DNA from: Hyphococcus sp.
GTDB taxonomy: Bacteria; Pseudomonadota; Alphaproteobacteria; Caulobacterales; Parvularculaceae
Assembly: GCA_021776335.1 (NCBI GenBank)
Contig: JAJFGB010000001.1
Location: 301,431-365,430, forward strand
Length of the DNA stretch: 64,000 bases
Reading direction: 5' to 3'
In this document: positions 28,623-37,844 of the stretch, piece by piece
Position numbering within the stretch: position 1 is the stretch's first letter
Layout of the letters: each line of letters begins with the position of its first letter
Position numbers and translations under genes: made by a program
Notes under the pieces: generated by a model
What the model was told of the DNA's origin: nothing
What the model saw: the letters and a program-made list of their open reading frames with translations, nothing else
Database searches by the model: none

Positions 28623-31040
28623 CTAATCACTAGTCACGGCGTCTTCCGGTTTCACATAGCGGTCAAACCATTCGATCATTTCAGCAAGTGTGTGCAGCAC
28701 AGACTCGCGCCCGCGATAACCGTGACTTTCATGGGGCAACATCACAAGCTTTGCGCGGCCGCCATTACCTTTGATTGCCGCAAACATGCGTTCTGATTGC
28801 TGAGGGTGCGTGCCGGAATTATTATCATTAGCGCCATGAGTCATCAGCATCGGCTCGTCAATTTTATGCGCCGCGGTAAACGGGCTGAGGCGGTAATAGC
28901 TTTCCGGCGCTTCCCAATAGGTGCGACGTTCAGATTGAAAACCGAAAGGGGTGAGGGTGCGGTTATAGGCGCCCGACCTTGCGATGCCAGCCCGAAAGAG
29001 ATCACTATTGGCCAGAAGGTGCGCGGTCATAAAGGCGCCGTAACTATGGCCGCCGACGCCAACGCGTTTACCGTCGCCAAACCCGCGCCGCACGGTTTCA
29101 TCAATCGCGGCTTCGGCGGATGCGACGATCTGTTCGATGAACGTGTTATTGACGGTATCGGGGTCGGCGCCGACTACCGGCATCGCTGTGCTGCTCATCA
29201 CCGCATAGCCTTGAGTCAAAAAGAATAATTGGCTGTAACGACTGATGCGCGTGAAGCGATATTTCGACGTGCGCACCTGTCCGGCGGTTGCAGCGTCGCT
29301 ATATTCATATGGGTAAGCCCAGATAACGACCGGCAGTTTGTCGCCCTCTTTATATCCTTTCGGCAGATAAAGCGTCGCCGAAAGGTCTATGCCGTCTTTG
29401 CGTTTATAGGTGATGACCTCGCGGTGAATGCCGGTGAGTTCCGGATGCGGGTCAGGAAAATCCGTCACCATCCGCGCATTGTCGCCTTCATGCAGGCGAT
29501 AATTGCCGGGTGTTTTCGGGTCTTCATAATAGGTGACAAAGGCGCCGTCGCCCGCCGCCAGACCAACAATGCGTTCATAGTTTTCGCCGGAATTACGCCA
29601 TAGCTCAGTTGTTTCAAGGGTTTCAAGATCGAGGCTGCGTAAGAACGGGCGATAGCCATCGGGCGATGCGCCGTCGCCCTTAAGAAAGATATGTCCGTCT
29701 TCAACGCGCGCGACGAATTTACCGGATTTTGTACGCGTTGTCAGCGGCTCGCCCGGGTCCGCATATTCATCGCGAAAATTTCGAAATTCCAGAATCTTTG
29801 GCGTTGCGCCGTCTAAATCGATTAATTGTCGGCGAATCTCACGCGTATCGCGATCATAGTCCGTTACAATCAGCGAACTTGAATCTTGAATGCCATCGAC
29901 CTCCCGGTAGCGATCTTCAAGACGAAAGATCTCGCGCGCTTCGCCGGCAAAGGGCGCGGCAAGCACCATGAGCTTGTCGCGAAATGCCGCCTCTGTTTTC
30001 GGATTGCCGCCGTCAAGCGCTTCCGCCCATAGCAGCAGGTTCGGTTCTGTCGGATGCCATCGGACATTGCGGCGTCCGGTGACGACGCCGTTCACCGGAA
30101 GGTTATCCGCAAGGGGCTGGTTTGCGACAGTCGCAGCAATCTTCCCCGTTGGCGTCCAGATTTCGCTTCTTTGCCCAAAACGGTACCAGGGCACCTGATA
30201 GGAAAAGGGCTTTTCCAGGTTTTTGACAAGGAGATATTGCCCGTCCGGCGATGAAGACGCGGATATATAAAGGCCTGGCTGGCCAATTTTACGTTTTCTG
30301 CTGCCTTTTACATCGACGGTCACGATTTGCGATGTTGCGAGCCATTCAAACATCACTTCATCATGGGGGTCTTTCAGCAAATCCCGATAGGTTCGGGTTT
30401 GTGCTTTCTCGCCGCCAGTCGCGTCAGAAACCGCAGGCCCGCGCGGCGTCAATGACCGGACGGGGCGGGGGCCGCGCTTATCAGGCACAGTAAAAACAAG
30501 CAGTCGCCCATCGGGCAGCCAGCGCGACGCGCGGAAGATCGGGTTGACGCCGTTTCTGATAACGGGCTTTGCTGTCGCTTTTTCAACGTCAAGCACCCAC
30601 AGGCCGACACTGCGTTCGCCCGTCATTGTAAATGAAACATAGCGCCCATCCGCCGACCAGCTGACCTGATCGATGTCGGCGTTTTTGGGTAATGCAATCG
30701 GCGTGAGGGCGTCTGATGCAAGATTTTTGAGAGCAAGTCCGATGGTGCCGCGCGGTTGATGCCGGTCATTGGTCGCTGCATCGAGACGCAACCCGGCGAG
30801 CTTTTCCATCGGCTTTGCAATCTCAGCCACCGGCGGCAGGCTTTCGCGAATACTTAATAGCAAGTTTTGACCGTCAGGGGAGACGCTCACCCGTGGGCTC
30901 GGCGCACGGAGCACAATGTCGGTGATTTCCTGCGGCGGCTCTTTGTAGCCTTCTGCGGAAGCAGGTGCGAAAAGGCCAGCAAGCAATGACAATACTGCAG
31001 TGAGACAAATATTGCCGCCAAATGAACGTATCGATTTCAT
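28623..31040 (-). CDS. S9 prolyl oligopeptidase family peptidase (glutamyl endopeptidase-like)
   Basis: GGHSYGAF nucleophile elbow, ARSGAYNRTLTPFGFQ, DNNSGT and HESHGY triad motifs; signal peptide. Confidence 0.9.
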   Translation of the reverse strand: MKSIRSFGGNICLTAVLSLLAGLFAPASAEGYKEPPQEITDIVLRAPSPRVSVSPDGQNLLLSIRESLPPVAEIAKPMEKLAGLRLDAATNDRHQPRGTIGLALKNLASDALTPIALPKNADIDQVSWSADGRYVSFTMTGERSVGLWVLDVEKATAKPVIRNGVNPIFRASRWLPDGRLLVFTVPDKRGPRPVRSLTPRGPAVSDATGGEKAQTRTYRDLLKDPHDEVMFEWLATSQIVTVDVKGSRKRKIGQPGLYISASSSPDGQYLLVKNLEKPFSYQVPWYRFGQRSEIWTPTGKIAATVANQPLADNLPVNGVVTGRRNVRWHPTEPNLLLWAEALDGGNPKTEAAFRDKLMVLAAPFAGEAREIFRLEDRYREVDGIQDSSSLIVTDYDRDTREIRRQLIDLDGATPKILEFRNFRDEYADPGEPLTTRTKSGKFVARVEDGHIFLKGDGASPDGYRPFLRSLDLETLETTELWRNSGENYERIVGLAAGDGAFVTYYEDPKTPGNYRLHEGDNARMVTDFPDPHPELTGIHREVITYKRKDGIDLSATLYLPKGYKEGDKLPVVIWAYPYEYSDAATAGQVRTSKYRFTRISRYSQLFFLTQGYAVMSSTAMPVVGADPDTVNNTFIEQIVASAEAAIDETVRRGFGDGKRVGVGGHSYGAFMTAHLLANSDLFRAGIARSGAYNRTLTPFGFQSERRTYWEAPESYYRLSPFTAAHKIDEPMLMTHGANDNNSGTHPQQSERMFAAIKGNGGRAKLVMLPHESHGYRGRESVLHTLAEMIEWFDRYVKPEDAVTSD

Positions 31041-31127
31041 TGCGTGAAGCCTTCTGCCTGTTTCAGCTGTTGAAACTATCAACAATATTGTTGTCGATGG
31101 CAAATAGAGCGGTGCGCTGGAACAGAG

Positions 31128-31697
31128 TCAGGCGGAAATGGTTTCCGCGTGCGCTTTTATCAACATTAGATCCATTCGGCGCGCTCTTTTCATCAGCAAT
31201 TCGTGATATGACCGCGCAAATTTCCCCAAACCATTTTTATAGACAGTGGTCTCCGCGAGGCTAACGCGGCAACCGTCGTTTTCGGGAATTATCCGATAAT
31301 GACCAGTCGACTCCTCCACACCGCCAAATGGTTGATCGCTCTCGATGATCGATCTGACAGCGATCTCACTGTCCGGTGAGTAAGTTTCGACAAAGAGAAT
31401 AAATAGAACCCCGGGCACTCTATGGTTATGAATTTCATAGCGCCTTTCCTGCGGCGCTCCCTGACTGACCGTGGAGCCGCGCGAGAATTCATGAAAGTCC
31501 GGCGAAGCGGGATCAAGCACGCGAAATATTTCGGGCTGCGATGCGCGTATGAATATATCGCTATCGTAATCGGTTGCCGGCGCGTCACTGCCATGCGCGG
31601 CCGTCTTCGGCGAATAGAATGGCGCCCCGAGCGCTGCGATGATCGGCGCCGTCCATTCAACTAATGAAATGCGTGCACTGGATAAAATCATACCCAA
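31128..31697 (-). CDS. Hypothetical protein, SRPBCC-like fold
   Basis: IFIRASQPEIFRVL start of domain and C-terminal amphipathic helix; weak. Confidence 0.5.
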   Translation of the reverse strand: MGMILSSARISLVEWTAPIIAALGAPFYSPKTAAHGSDAPATDYDSDIFIRASQPEIFRVLDPASPDFHEFSRGSTVSQGAPQERRYEIHNHRVPGVLFILFVETYSPDSEIAVRSIIESDQPFGGVEESTGHYRIIPENDGCRVSLAETTVYKNGLGKFARSYHELLMKRARRMDLMLIKAHAETISA

Positions 31698-31882
31698 AAA
31701 TGATATCTTGCAAATATTGTGCTTTCACTAACCTTTCACCTCTGCCCTATCCACGGCGGGCGCCAAACACGCCTGAACATTTCGCGCAAATTCACCGAAG
31801 GCTTTTCGCCAACATTGTCGAAATTGGCCTTGCGCCAACGTGCCCAAAAACCTCAATTGCTGGCGCGTCGCCGCCCGCTCTG

Positions 31883-32039
31883 ACGCATTATGCAATGGGC
31901 GCCATTGCAATCTGCAACTAAATCCGAGTTGCTTAATAAAGTTTTTACACCATATGCGCTAACTGTTGACGCTAACATATTGAATTATAACAAATTTTCA
32001 ATTTGCAACGCAGGCGGCGTTTAATGGCGCGCAAAATGA
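31883..32039 (+). promoter_or_regulatory. Sigma54-type promoter P1: LuxO-type enhancer pair, IHF-like site, -24/-12
   Basis: ACGCA-TTA-TGCAA 31883-31895; TTGCA-ATC-TGCAA 31905-31917; IHF-like ATTCAATATGTTA (minus strand, 31973-31985); TGGCGCG-CAAA-ATGA 32025-32039. Confidence 0.65.
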
Positions 32040-32071
32040 AACGGTCCTTAGCCAGTGGGTTGAGGAACGTT

Positions 32072-34909
32072 ATGCAACAGACGGTCAAAAGCGACGGCGA
32101 TCAGCAAAGGTCCTCAAGCGCCCAGATGTTGCGCGCAGGCCTGGGCGAGGCGCAGGAAGATCTTGGTCATCTTGCCCGTGTTGCGGCACAAGCACTGTCG
32201 GCGCCAAGCACATTCATAGCGTTGCTCGAAGACGATATTTTGCATTATGGCGCGCAGCACGGTGACGACGATCAAGACAACGATCGTGACAAGAAAATCT
32301 GCCAACGTATCCTTGGCGAGAATGATTTGTTTATCGTTTCAGACGCAACAACAAATACAGAGTTCTCATCCATTCTGGGACTTTCGAAACCGAACACCCG
32401 GTTCATTGCCGGCGCACCCATCGTCGGTGAAGACGGCTGCCGCGTTGGCGCAGTATGCGTTCTCGACACTGTGGTAAGGCCTGATCTAACCCCACAAAAG
32501 CTCAACGTTCTGTATTCCGTCGCCAAGCTTGCAGGGGAAGCGATGAGCAAGCGAAGCCTTAAGCAAAAAGGTGAGACAGCTTTTGCAATTCTGCAAAAAG
32601 CGCAAAAGCTAAGTCGAATTGCCCATTTCGTTTTTGACCCTGTTGGGTTCAAAACCATCAGTATTTCAAAGTCGCTTGGCATTTTTTATGATGGCGACGG
32701 TGAAACCGAGCGCGGCCTTGATTTTGGTGAATTTGTTGATCGCTTGCATCCAGACGATTCTGATCTTGTGCAGCACGCAATCGGAGAGGGCGTTAAGGGC
32801 GGGGCCGCAATCAATATCAAATTTCGTGTTGAATCGCACAAGGGCGCCTATCGAAATATCTGGTTGAATGCTGAGCCGCTTCAACTCGACAATTCGGCAG
32901 CTGCGCCATGGATCGGCATCATGCAGGACGTCACCGATCAGGTTCGAAAAGAACAAGACCTTAAGGAAAATATTGCATTTCGGCGCGCGGCGACCGACAC
33001 GGCGTTGGATTGCGTTATCACAATTGATGCAAGTGGAAAAATCAAGGCGTTCAACCCGGCCGCGGAGCAAATCTTTGGGTATGCAAGGCAAGATGTTGTC
33101 GGCGCTCCCCTGGCAGAAATAATAATCCCTGAAGAACTGCGCGGCGCCCATCTCGCCGGTATCAAGCGGTACCTTGAAACCGGAGAGCATAATGTGCTCG
33201 GCAAGCGCATTGAAGTTGAGGCTATTACAAAGTCCGGCGCCCGTTTGCCAATTGAATTGGCGATCACACCATTCGAGGTGAATGGCGAGAAACATTTTAC
33301 AGCATATCTGAGGGACATATCTGAACGTAAAGCTGCAGCAGTTGAGATCGAGGAATCGGCTGCTTGCCTCAAAACGGCGAAGGAAGAAGCTGAAGCAGCC
33401 AACGCCGCGAAGTCTGATTTCCTCGCGACGATCAGCCACGAAATACGCACGCCGTTAAACGGCATCATAGGCGGCCTCAGTCTCATTAAGGACGAGCTTG
33501 ATCGAACCGATCACCGAAGTCATGCCGAAGTTGCATATAACTCGGCGGAGACGTTACTGGTGTTGATCAATGACATACTAGATTTGTCAAAAATTGAAGC
33601 CGGAAAGCTGGAAATTGAAAACACGAATTTTGATCTTTATGAATGCATCAGAAGTGCGGCTGATCTTTTTAAAGCGAATGCGGATGAAAAAGGGCTTGAG
33701 TTTGCTGTTGAGATTCCGAACGATCTAACCCGATGGCGCGTTGGCGATTCGGGACGGATTCGCCAGGTACTTTTGAATTTTATCTCCAACGCTATCAAGT
33801 TTACCGATGCTGGAGGTGTTGTTCTGTCCGTATCAGAAATCAACAATGAACAAGTCGTGTTGAGCGTTGCCGATACAGGGATCGGCATCCAATCAAAATA
33901 TCAAGACAAGTTATTTACCAGCTTCCAACAGGTCGATGCATCATACAAGCGCCGGTTTTCCGGCAGCGGCCTTGGCCTCGCAATTTCCAGGCAACTTGCG
34001 GAGTTGATGGGCGGTGACATTCGTTTTTCAAGCGTAGAAAGCAAAGGGAGTACCTTTTCCATGACCCTTCCCCTTAAAATAGGCGCCGCTCAGGAAACAC
34101 CATACGCGCAGGAAATAGAGCCCGACCGGTTGAGGGGCAATATTCTCATCGCCGAAGACAGCGCAACCAACGCGCTGGTGGCGCGGGCGCTCCTTCGCTT
34201 GAAAGGCGCAAAAGTCGATCACGTTTCCAACGGCGCTGAAGCTGTGGCGGCCTGCCGCGTGCGGCCTTACGATTTGATTCTCATGGATCTGGCAATGCCG
34301 GAGATGGATGGCTTTGAAGCCACGCGGGAAATTCGCAGCTCCAACACCGCGAACAAGGAGACGCCAATTGTGGCGCTTACGGCCAATGTTTCGGAGGACG
34401 ATCGCAAGGAATGCATGAATGTCGGGATGAATGATCTCGTCGCGAAACCAATTAATCGACGGCAGTTTCTGAATACGGTCGCCGACTGGCTTGGGAATGA
34501 CGAAATCTGTGGGTCAGAAGAGGAGGCGGATTTCGATTCAATTACTGTCTTCGATCCAAACCGATTTGAGACTGAATGGCGTGACCTTCCGCTTTCGGCG
34601 CAGTTTGAAATCATCACGGTCTTTATGGACGAAACGAAAGCCCGACAGATGAAGATTGCGCGCGCGATGCTTAAACAGGACTGGCGCATAGCTGAAAATG
34701 AGGCGCACGCGCTCAAGAGTTCGGCCGGCAATATTGGCGCTGAACGCCTGCATCTGCTGGCCAAACGGATTGAAGCGCATTTGAAAGCAAGTGAACGAGA
34801 CGCTGCCGCGGCGCTCATTCTGCGCGTACCTGGCGTCTGTTCGGATACGATTGACAGTATCGAAAAGCAGCACGCCAGAATTGGCGAGAAGGCAAAGTCA
34901 AATGGGTAA
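32072..34909 (+). CDS. Cytoplasmic hybrid histidine kinase GAF-PAS-PAS-HisKA-HATPase-REC-Hpt
   Basis: GAF (RFIAGAPIV..GAVCVLD), PAS (RLHPDD), FixL-like PAS (FNPAAEQIFGY..AHLAGIKRYLETGE), FLATISHEIRTPLNG, DLILMDLAMPEMDG, Hpt AHALKSSAGNIGA; no TM; GAGGAA RBS before ATG 32072. Confidence 0.93.
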   Translation: MQQTVKSDGDQQRSSSAQMLRAGLGEAQEDLGHLARVAAQALSAPSTFIALLEDDILHYGAQHGDDDQDNDRDKKICQRILGENDLFIVSDATTNTEFSSILGLSKPNTRFIAGAPIVGEDGCRVGAVCVLDTVVRPDLTPQKLNVLYSVAKLAGEAMSKRSLKQKGETAFAILQKAQKLSRIAHFVFDPVGFKTISISKSLGIFYDGDGETERGLDFGEFVDRLHPDDSDLVQHAIGEGVKGGAAINIKFRVESHKGAYRNIWLNAEPLQLDNSAAAPWIGIMQDVTDQVRKEQDLKENIAFRRAATDTALDCVITIDASGKIKAFNPAAEQIFGYARQDVVGAPLAEIIIPEELRGAHLAGIKRYLETGEHNVLGKRIEVEAITKSGARLPIELAITPFEVNGEKHFTAYLRDISERKAAAVEIEESAACLKTAKEEAEAANAAKSDFLATISHEIRTPLNGIIGGLSLIKDELDRTDHRSHAEVAYNSAETLLVLINDILDLSKIEAGKLEIENTNFDLYECIRSAADLFKANADEKGLEFAVEIPNDLTRWRVGDSGRIRQVLLNFISNAIKFTDAGGVVLSVSEINNEQVVLSVADTGIGIQSKYQDKLFTSFQQVDASYKRRFSGSGLGLAISRQLAELMGGDIRFSSVESKGSTFSMTLPLKIGAAQETPYAQEIEPDRLRGNILIAEDSATNALVARALLRLKGAKVDHVSNGAEAVAACRVRPYDLILMDLAMPEMDGFEATREIRSSNTANKETPIVALTANVSEDDRKECMNVGMNDLVAKPINRRQFLNTVADWLGNDEICGSEEEADFDSITVFDPNRFETEWRDLPLSAQFEIITVFMDETKARQMKIARAMLKQDWRIAENEAHALKSSAGNIGAERLHLLAKRIEAHLKASERDAAAALILRVPGVCSDTIDSIEKQHARIGEKAKSNG

Positions 34910-36317
34910 ACCGAAGGCAAAAGTCCTCGTTGTTGAAGACAGCCCGTCACTCGCTCGTACATATACGGCCCAGCTTGAACACAGCGGATATGAAACAAGC
35001 ATCGCTGATACGGGCGCCAAGGCGCGCGCGATTGTCCAGGAGTTTGACTGTGTTCTGCTCGACCTTGGGCTTCCTGACGAAGACGGACTTGACATTTTAA
35101 CGGATTGGAACGCGGCGGAGCGGCCCGTGATCGTGATTACCGGGAATGGATCGATCAACACTGCCGTTGATGCAATGCAGTGCGGCGCCGTCGACTTTCT
35201 CGTCAAGCCTTTCCAGAGTGAACGGCTGATCACAACCGTTGCCAACGCAATTGAGAAAAGTCGCTTAAGCCAAATAGTGAATACATATGAAAGCAAGATC
35301 GACCGAAAATCATTTGGCGGTTTCGTCGGCGACACACTTGAAATGCAGGCGGTTTATCAAACATTGGAAAGCGCTGCGAGCAGCAAAGCGACCGCTTTCA
35401 TCATTGGTGAGAGCGGCGTTGGTAAGGAACTTGCGGCGCGCGCGGTACATGATTACAGCCCCCGTGCGGGTAAGCCATTTGTGGCGCTCAATTGCGGCGC
35501 GATTCCGCGAGATCTGCTTGAGAGCGAGTTATTCGGACATATCAAGGGCGCATTTACAGGCGCTACGTCGGATCGGGAGGGGGCGGCGGCGCGCGCGAAT
35601 GGCGGCACATTGTTTCTGGATGAAATCACCGAGATGGATATCTCGCTGCAACCAAAGCTTCTGCGTTTTCTGCAGCTTGGCAGTTTTCAAAAAGTCGGTG
35701 GCGACAAAACGATCGAAACTGACATTCGAATTGTGGCGGCGACAAATAGAACGCCCCTTGAATGTGTGCGTTTGGGTTTATTGCGAGAGGATCTCTATTA
35801 TCGGTTGAATGTGTTGCCGATTGAGTTGCCGCCTCTCCGGGACCACGCTGGAGATATCGCAAAGATCGCGTCTGAATTCCTGGTCGAATATGCCAATGAA
35901 GAGGGGAAGAATTTCTCGGAGTTCACAAACACGGCAATCGAAGCGCTTCAACAACATGACTGGCCAGGCAATGTTCGGGAACTACAAAATGTCATCAGAC
36001 AAATCGTTGTCCTGAATGATGGCCCTGTCGTGCAGCCGTCCATGGTGATATCGTTGTTAATGGACAAGGTATCGACGGCAGGACGCCTGTTACCAGCAGC
36101 AACGGATATTGAGCCCATAAGCAGCGCATCGGCTGGGTTTTCAAATCGCGAGTTTGAACTGAAACCACTTTGGCAGATCGAGCTTGACGCGATTGACGAC
36201 GCGATAGCGCGTTGTGACGGAAATATTCAAAAAGCCTCCCGATTGTTGGACATCAGTCCATCGACAATCTACCGCAAACGCGAGCGCGCCAGAGGGCGAT
36301 CTTCTGACGTTGCGTGA
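34902..36317 (+). CDS. LuxO-like sigma54-dependent response regulator (REC-AAA+-Fis HTH)
   Basis: LLDLGLPD receiver, ESAASSKA, GESGVGKE, ESELFGHIKGAFTGA, WPGNVRELQN, PLWQIE..AI..CDGNI..LDISPSTIYRK; overlaps the kinase stop codon. Confidence 0.93.
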   Translation: MGKPKAKVLVVEDSPSLARTYTAQLEHSGYETSIADTGAKARAIVQEFDCVLLDLGLPDEDGLDILTDWNAAERPVIVITGNGSINTAVDAMQCGAVDFLVKPFQSERLITTVANAIEKSRLSQIVNTYESKIDRKSFGGFVGDTLEMQAVYQTLESAASSKATAFIIGESGVGKELAARAVHDYSPRAGKPFVALNCGAIPRDLLESELFGHIKGAFTGATSDREGAAARANGGTLFLDEITEMDISLQPKLLRFLQLGSFQKVGGDKTIETDIRIVAATNRTPLECVRLGLLREDLYYRLNVLPIELPPLRDHAGDIAKIASEFLVEYANEEGKNFSEFTNTAIEALQQHDWPGNVRELQNVIRQIVVLNDGPVVQPSMVISLLMDKVSTAGRLLPAATDIEPISSASAGFSNREFELKPLWQIELDAIDDAIARCDGNIQKASRLLDISPSTIYRKRERARGRSSDVA

Positions 36318-36350
36318 CATAAGCTAACACTCTCTGACAACACTCGAATC

Positions 36351-36383
36351 GCGCGCCTCCTGGTGAGGCTGCGCGCTTTTTTT
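36351..36383 (+). terminator. Rho-independent terminator after the activator gene
   Basis: GCGCGCCTC-CTGGT-GAGGC(T)GCGC stem followed by T7. Confidence 0.75.
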
Positions 36384-36412
36384 GGCAGTGCTAACGACAT
36401 TTGCACCGTGTA

Positions 36413-36545
36413 CTGCAAATTGCATCGGTTGCGTTGCATATTGCTTCGCCTGCCATGGCTGCAACGGCTGTTATGCAATCGCTGCAACCATAACCGATTG
36501 ATCTAATTGTATATATTTCCGTTCGCGTAATGGCTCGGTCTTTGA
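36413..36545 (+). promoter_or_regulatory. Sigma54-type promoter P2 upstream of sqdB
   Basis: CTGCA-AAT-TGCAT 36413-36425; TTGCA-TAT-TGCTT 36434-36446; IHF-like GATCAATCGGTTA (minus strand, 36491-36503); TGGCTCG-GTCT-TTGA 36531-36545. Confidence 0.7.
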
Positions 36546-36611
36546 GTGTCTTTGCGCATTGGAAGCGCCGCCATCGGATGCTGCGCACAGTTTGGAACAG
36601 GAGTATCATTC

Positions 36612-37823
36612 GTGGAAAAGAAAATTGTTATCCTCGGCGGAGATGGATTTTGCGGCTGGCCTACAGCGCTCCATCTTTCAGCTAAAGACTATAACGTCAC
36701 CATTGTTGACAATCTTTCGAGGCGCTTGATTGACGTTGAGCTCGGCGCTTCAAGCTTGACGCCGATCAAGTCGACCGAACGGCGGCTCGAGGCCTGGACG
36801 CGCATTACCGGCCGGCAGATTAACTTCGAGAAAATCGACGCTGCAAAAGACTATGAAGCGCTGAAGTCGCTGCTCAATCGTGTACGTCCCGATACAGTCA
36901 TTCATTTCGCAGAGCAGCGCGCAGCGCCCTATTCGATGAAAAGCGCCACCCACAAGACCTACACTGTAGATAATAATATCGGTGCGACACACAACTTGCT
37001 GTCAATTCTCTCTGAACTCGAACTGGATACTCATGTCGTTCATCTGGGGACCATGGGTGTTTATGGTTATGATGATGCTGGTCTCGAGATTCCGGAAGGG
37101 TATTTACCAGTTCAGATAAAAACTGAAACCGGCGAATTTATTTCCCGAGAAGTGCTTTACCCGACAGATCCCGGCAGCGTCTATCATATGACGAAGTCCA
37201 TGGATCAGCTTCTTTTTCAGTTTTACGCCAAGAATGACGGCATTCGCGTCACAGATCTTCACCAGGGCATCGTTTGGGGGACGCAGACCGAAGAAACACG
37301 GCTGTCGGAATCACTGATTAATCGATTTGACTATGACGGCGATTACGGCACGGTCCTGAACCGTTTTTTGATGCAAGCTGCAGTCGGTCATCCGCTTACC
37401 GTACACGGCACCGGAGGCCAAACACGTGCCTTCATCCATATACAAGACACCGTTCGGTGTATTGCGCTTGCGGTGGAAAACCCGCCGGCGCGCGGCGCGC
37501 GCGTAAAAATTCTCAATCAAATAACCGAATGCCATCGCGTTCGCGATCTGGCGAGCATTGTTTCGAAGGTGACAGGTGCGAAGGTCGCGTTTGTCGATAA
37601 TCCACGTAAAGAAGCCGATGAGAATGATCTGCGCGTTTCAAATGCCACCTTCATCGACCTCGGACTGAAACCAACCACCCTTGAAAATGGATTGCTTGCG
37701 GAAACCATGGATATCGCCGTGAAGTACGCGCTGCGCCACGATCCCGCAATGATCCCTTGCGTTTCCACCTGGACCTCAACGCAGCGCCCTGGCGAAGTTA
37801 AAGAACGCCAAGCGATCGCTTAA
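36612..37823 (+). CDS. sqdB: UDP-sulfoquinovose synthase
   Basis: GGDGFCGWPTALHLS, HFAEQRAAPYSMKS, LGTMGVYG, YHMTKSMD, RFDYDGDYGTVLNRF, HGTGGQTRAFIHI, all diagnostic of alphaproteobacterial SqdB; AGGAG RBS before GTG 36612. Confidence 0.95.
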   Translation: MEKKIVILGGDGFCGWPTALHLSAKDYNVTIVDNLSRRLIDVELGASSLTPIKSTERRLEAWTRITGRQINFEKIDAAKDYEALKSLLNRVRPDTVIHFAEQRAAPYSMKSATHKTYTVDNNIGATHNLLSILSELELDTHVVHLGTMGVYGYDDAGLEIPEGYLPVQIKTETGEFISREVLYPTDPGSVYHMTKSMDQLLFQFYAKNDGIRVTDLHQGIVWGTQTEETRLSESLINRFDYDGDYGTVLNRFLMQAAVGHPLTVHGTGGQTRAFIHIQDTVRCIALAVENPPARGARVKILNQITECHRVRDLASIVSKVTGAKVAFVDNPRKEADENDLRVSNATFIDLGLKPTTLENGLLAETMDIAVKYALRHDPAMIPCVSTWTSTQRPGEVKERQAIA

Positions 37824-37844
37824 GGAAAACGGAGGTTTATCACC

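Noticed and set aside
32003-32071. Longer N-terminus of the kinase from TTG 32003 (ORF track)
   Set aside because: The predicted -24/-12 element lies inside this stretch, and a good RBS precedes ATG 32072.
34902-36611. Vibrio-type quorum-sensing circuit or a qrr-like sRNA beside the LuxO-like gene
   Set aside because: No luxS, luxPQ, luxN, cqsA or stand-alone luxU. The region upstream of the activator is coding, and 36318-36383 is a short 3' UTR with a terminator. No promoter-terminator pair defining an sRNA was seen.
36612-37823. sqdB as part of a standard phosphate-starvation sulfolipid (SQDG) operon linked to the nearby pst genes
   Set aside because: No sqdC, sqdD or sqdX in the window and no 11-bp-period CTGTCAT Pho box upstream of sqdB; the upstream region has sigma54/LuxO-type motifs instead. 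SQDG synthesis using transferases elsewhere in the genome cannot be excluded.
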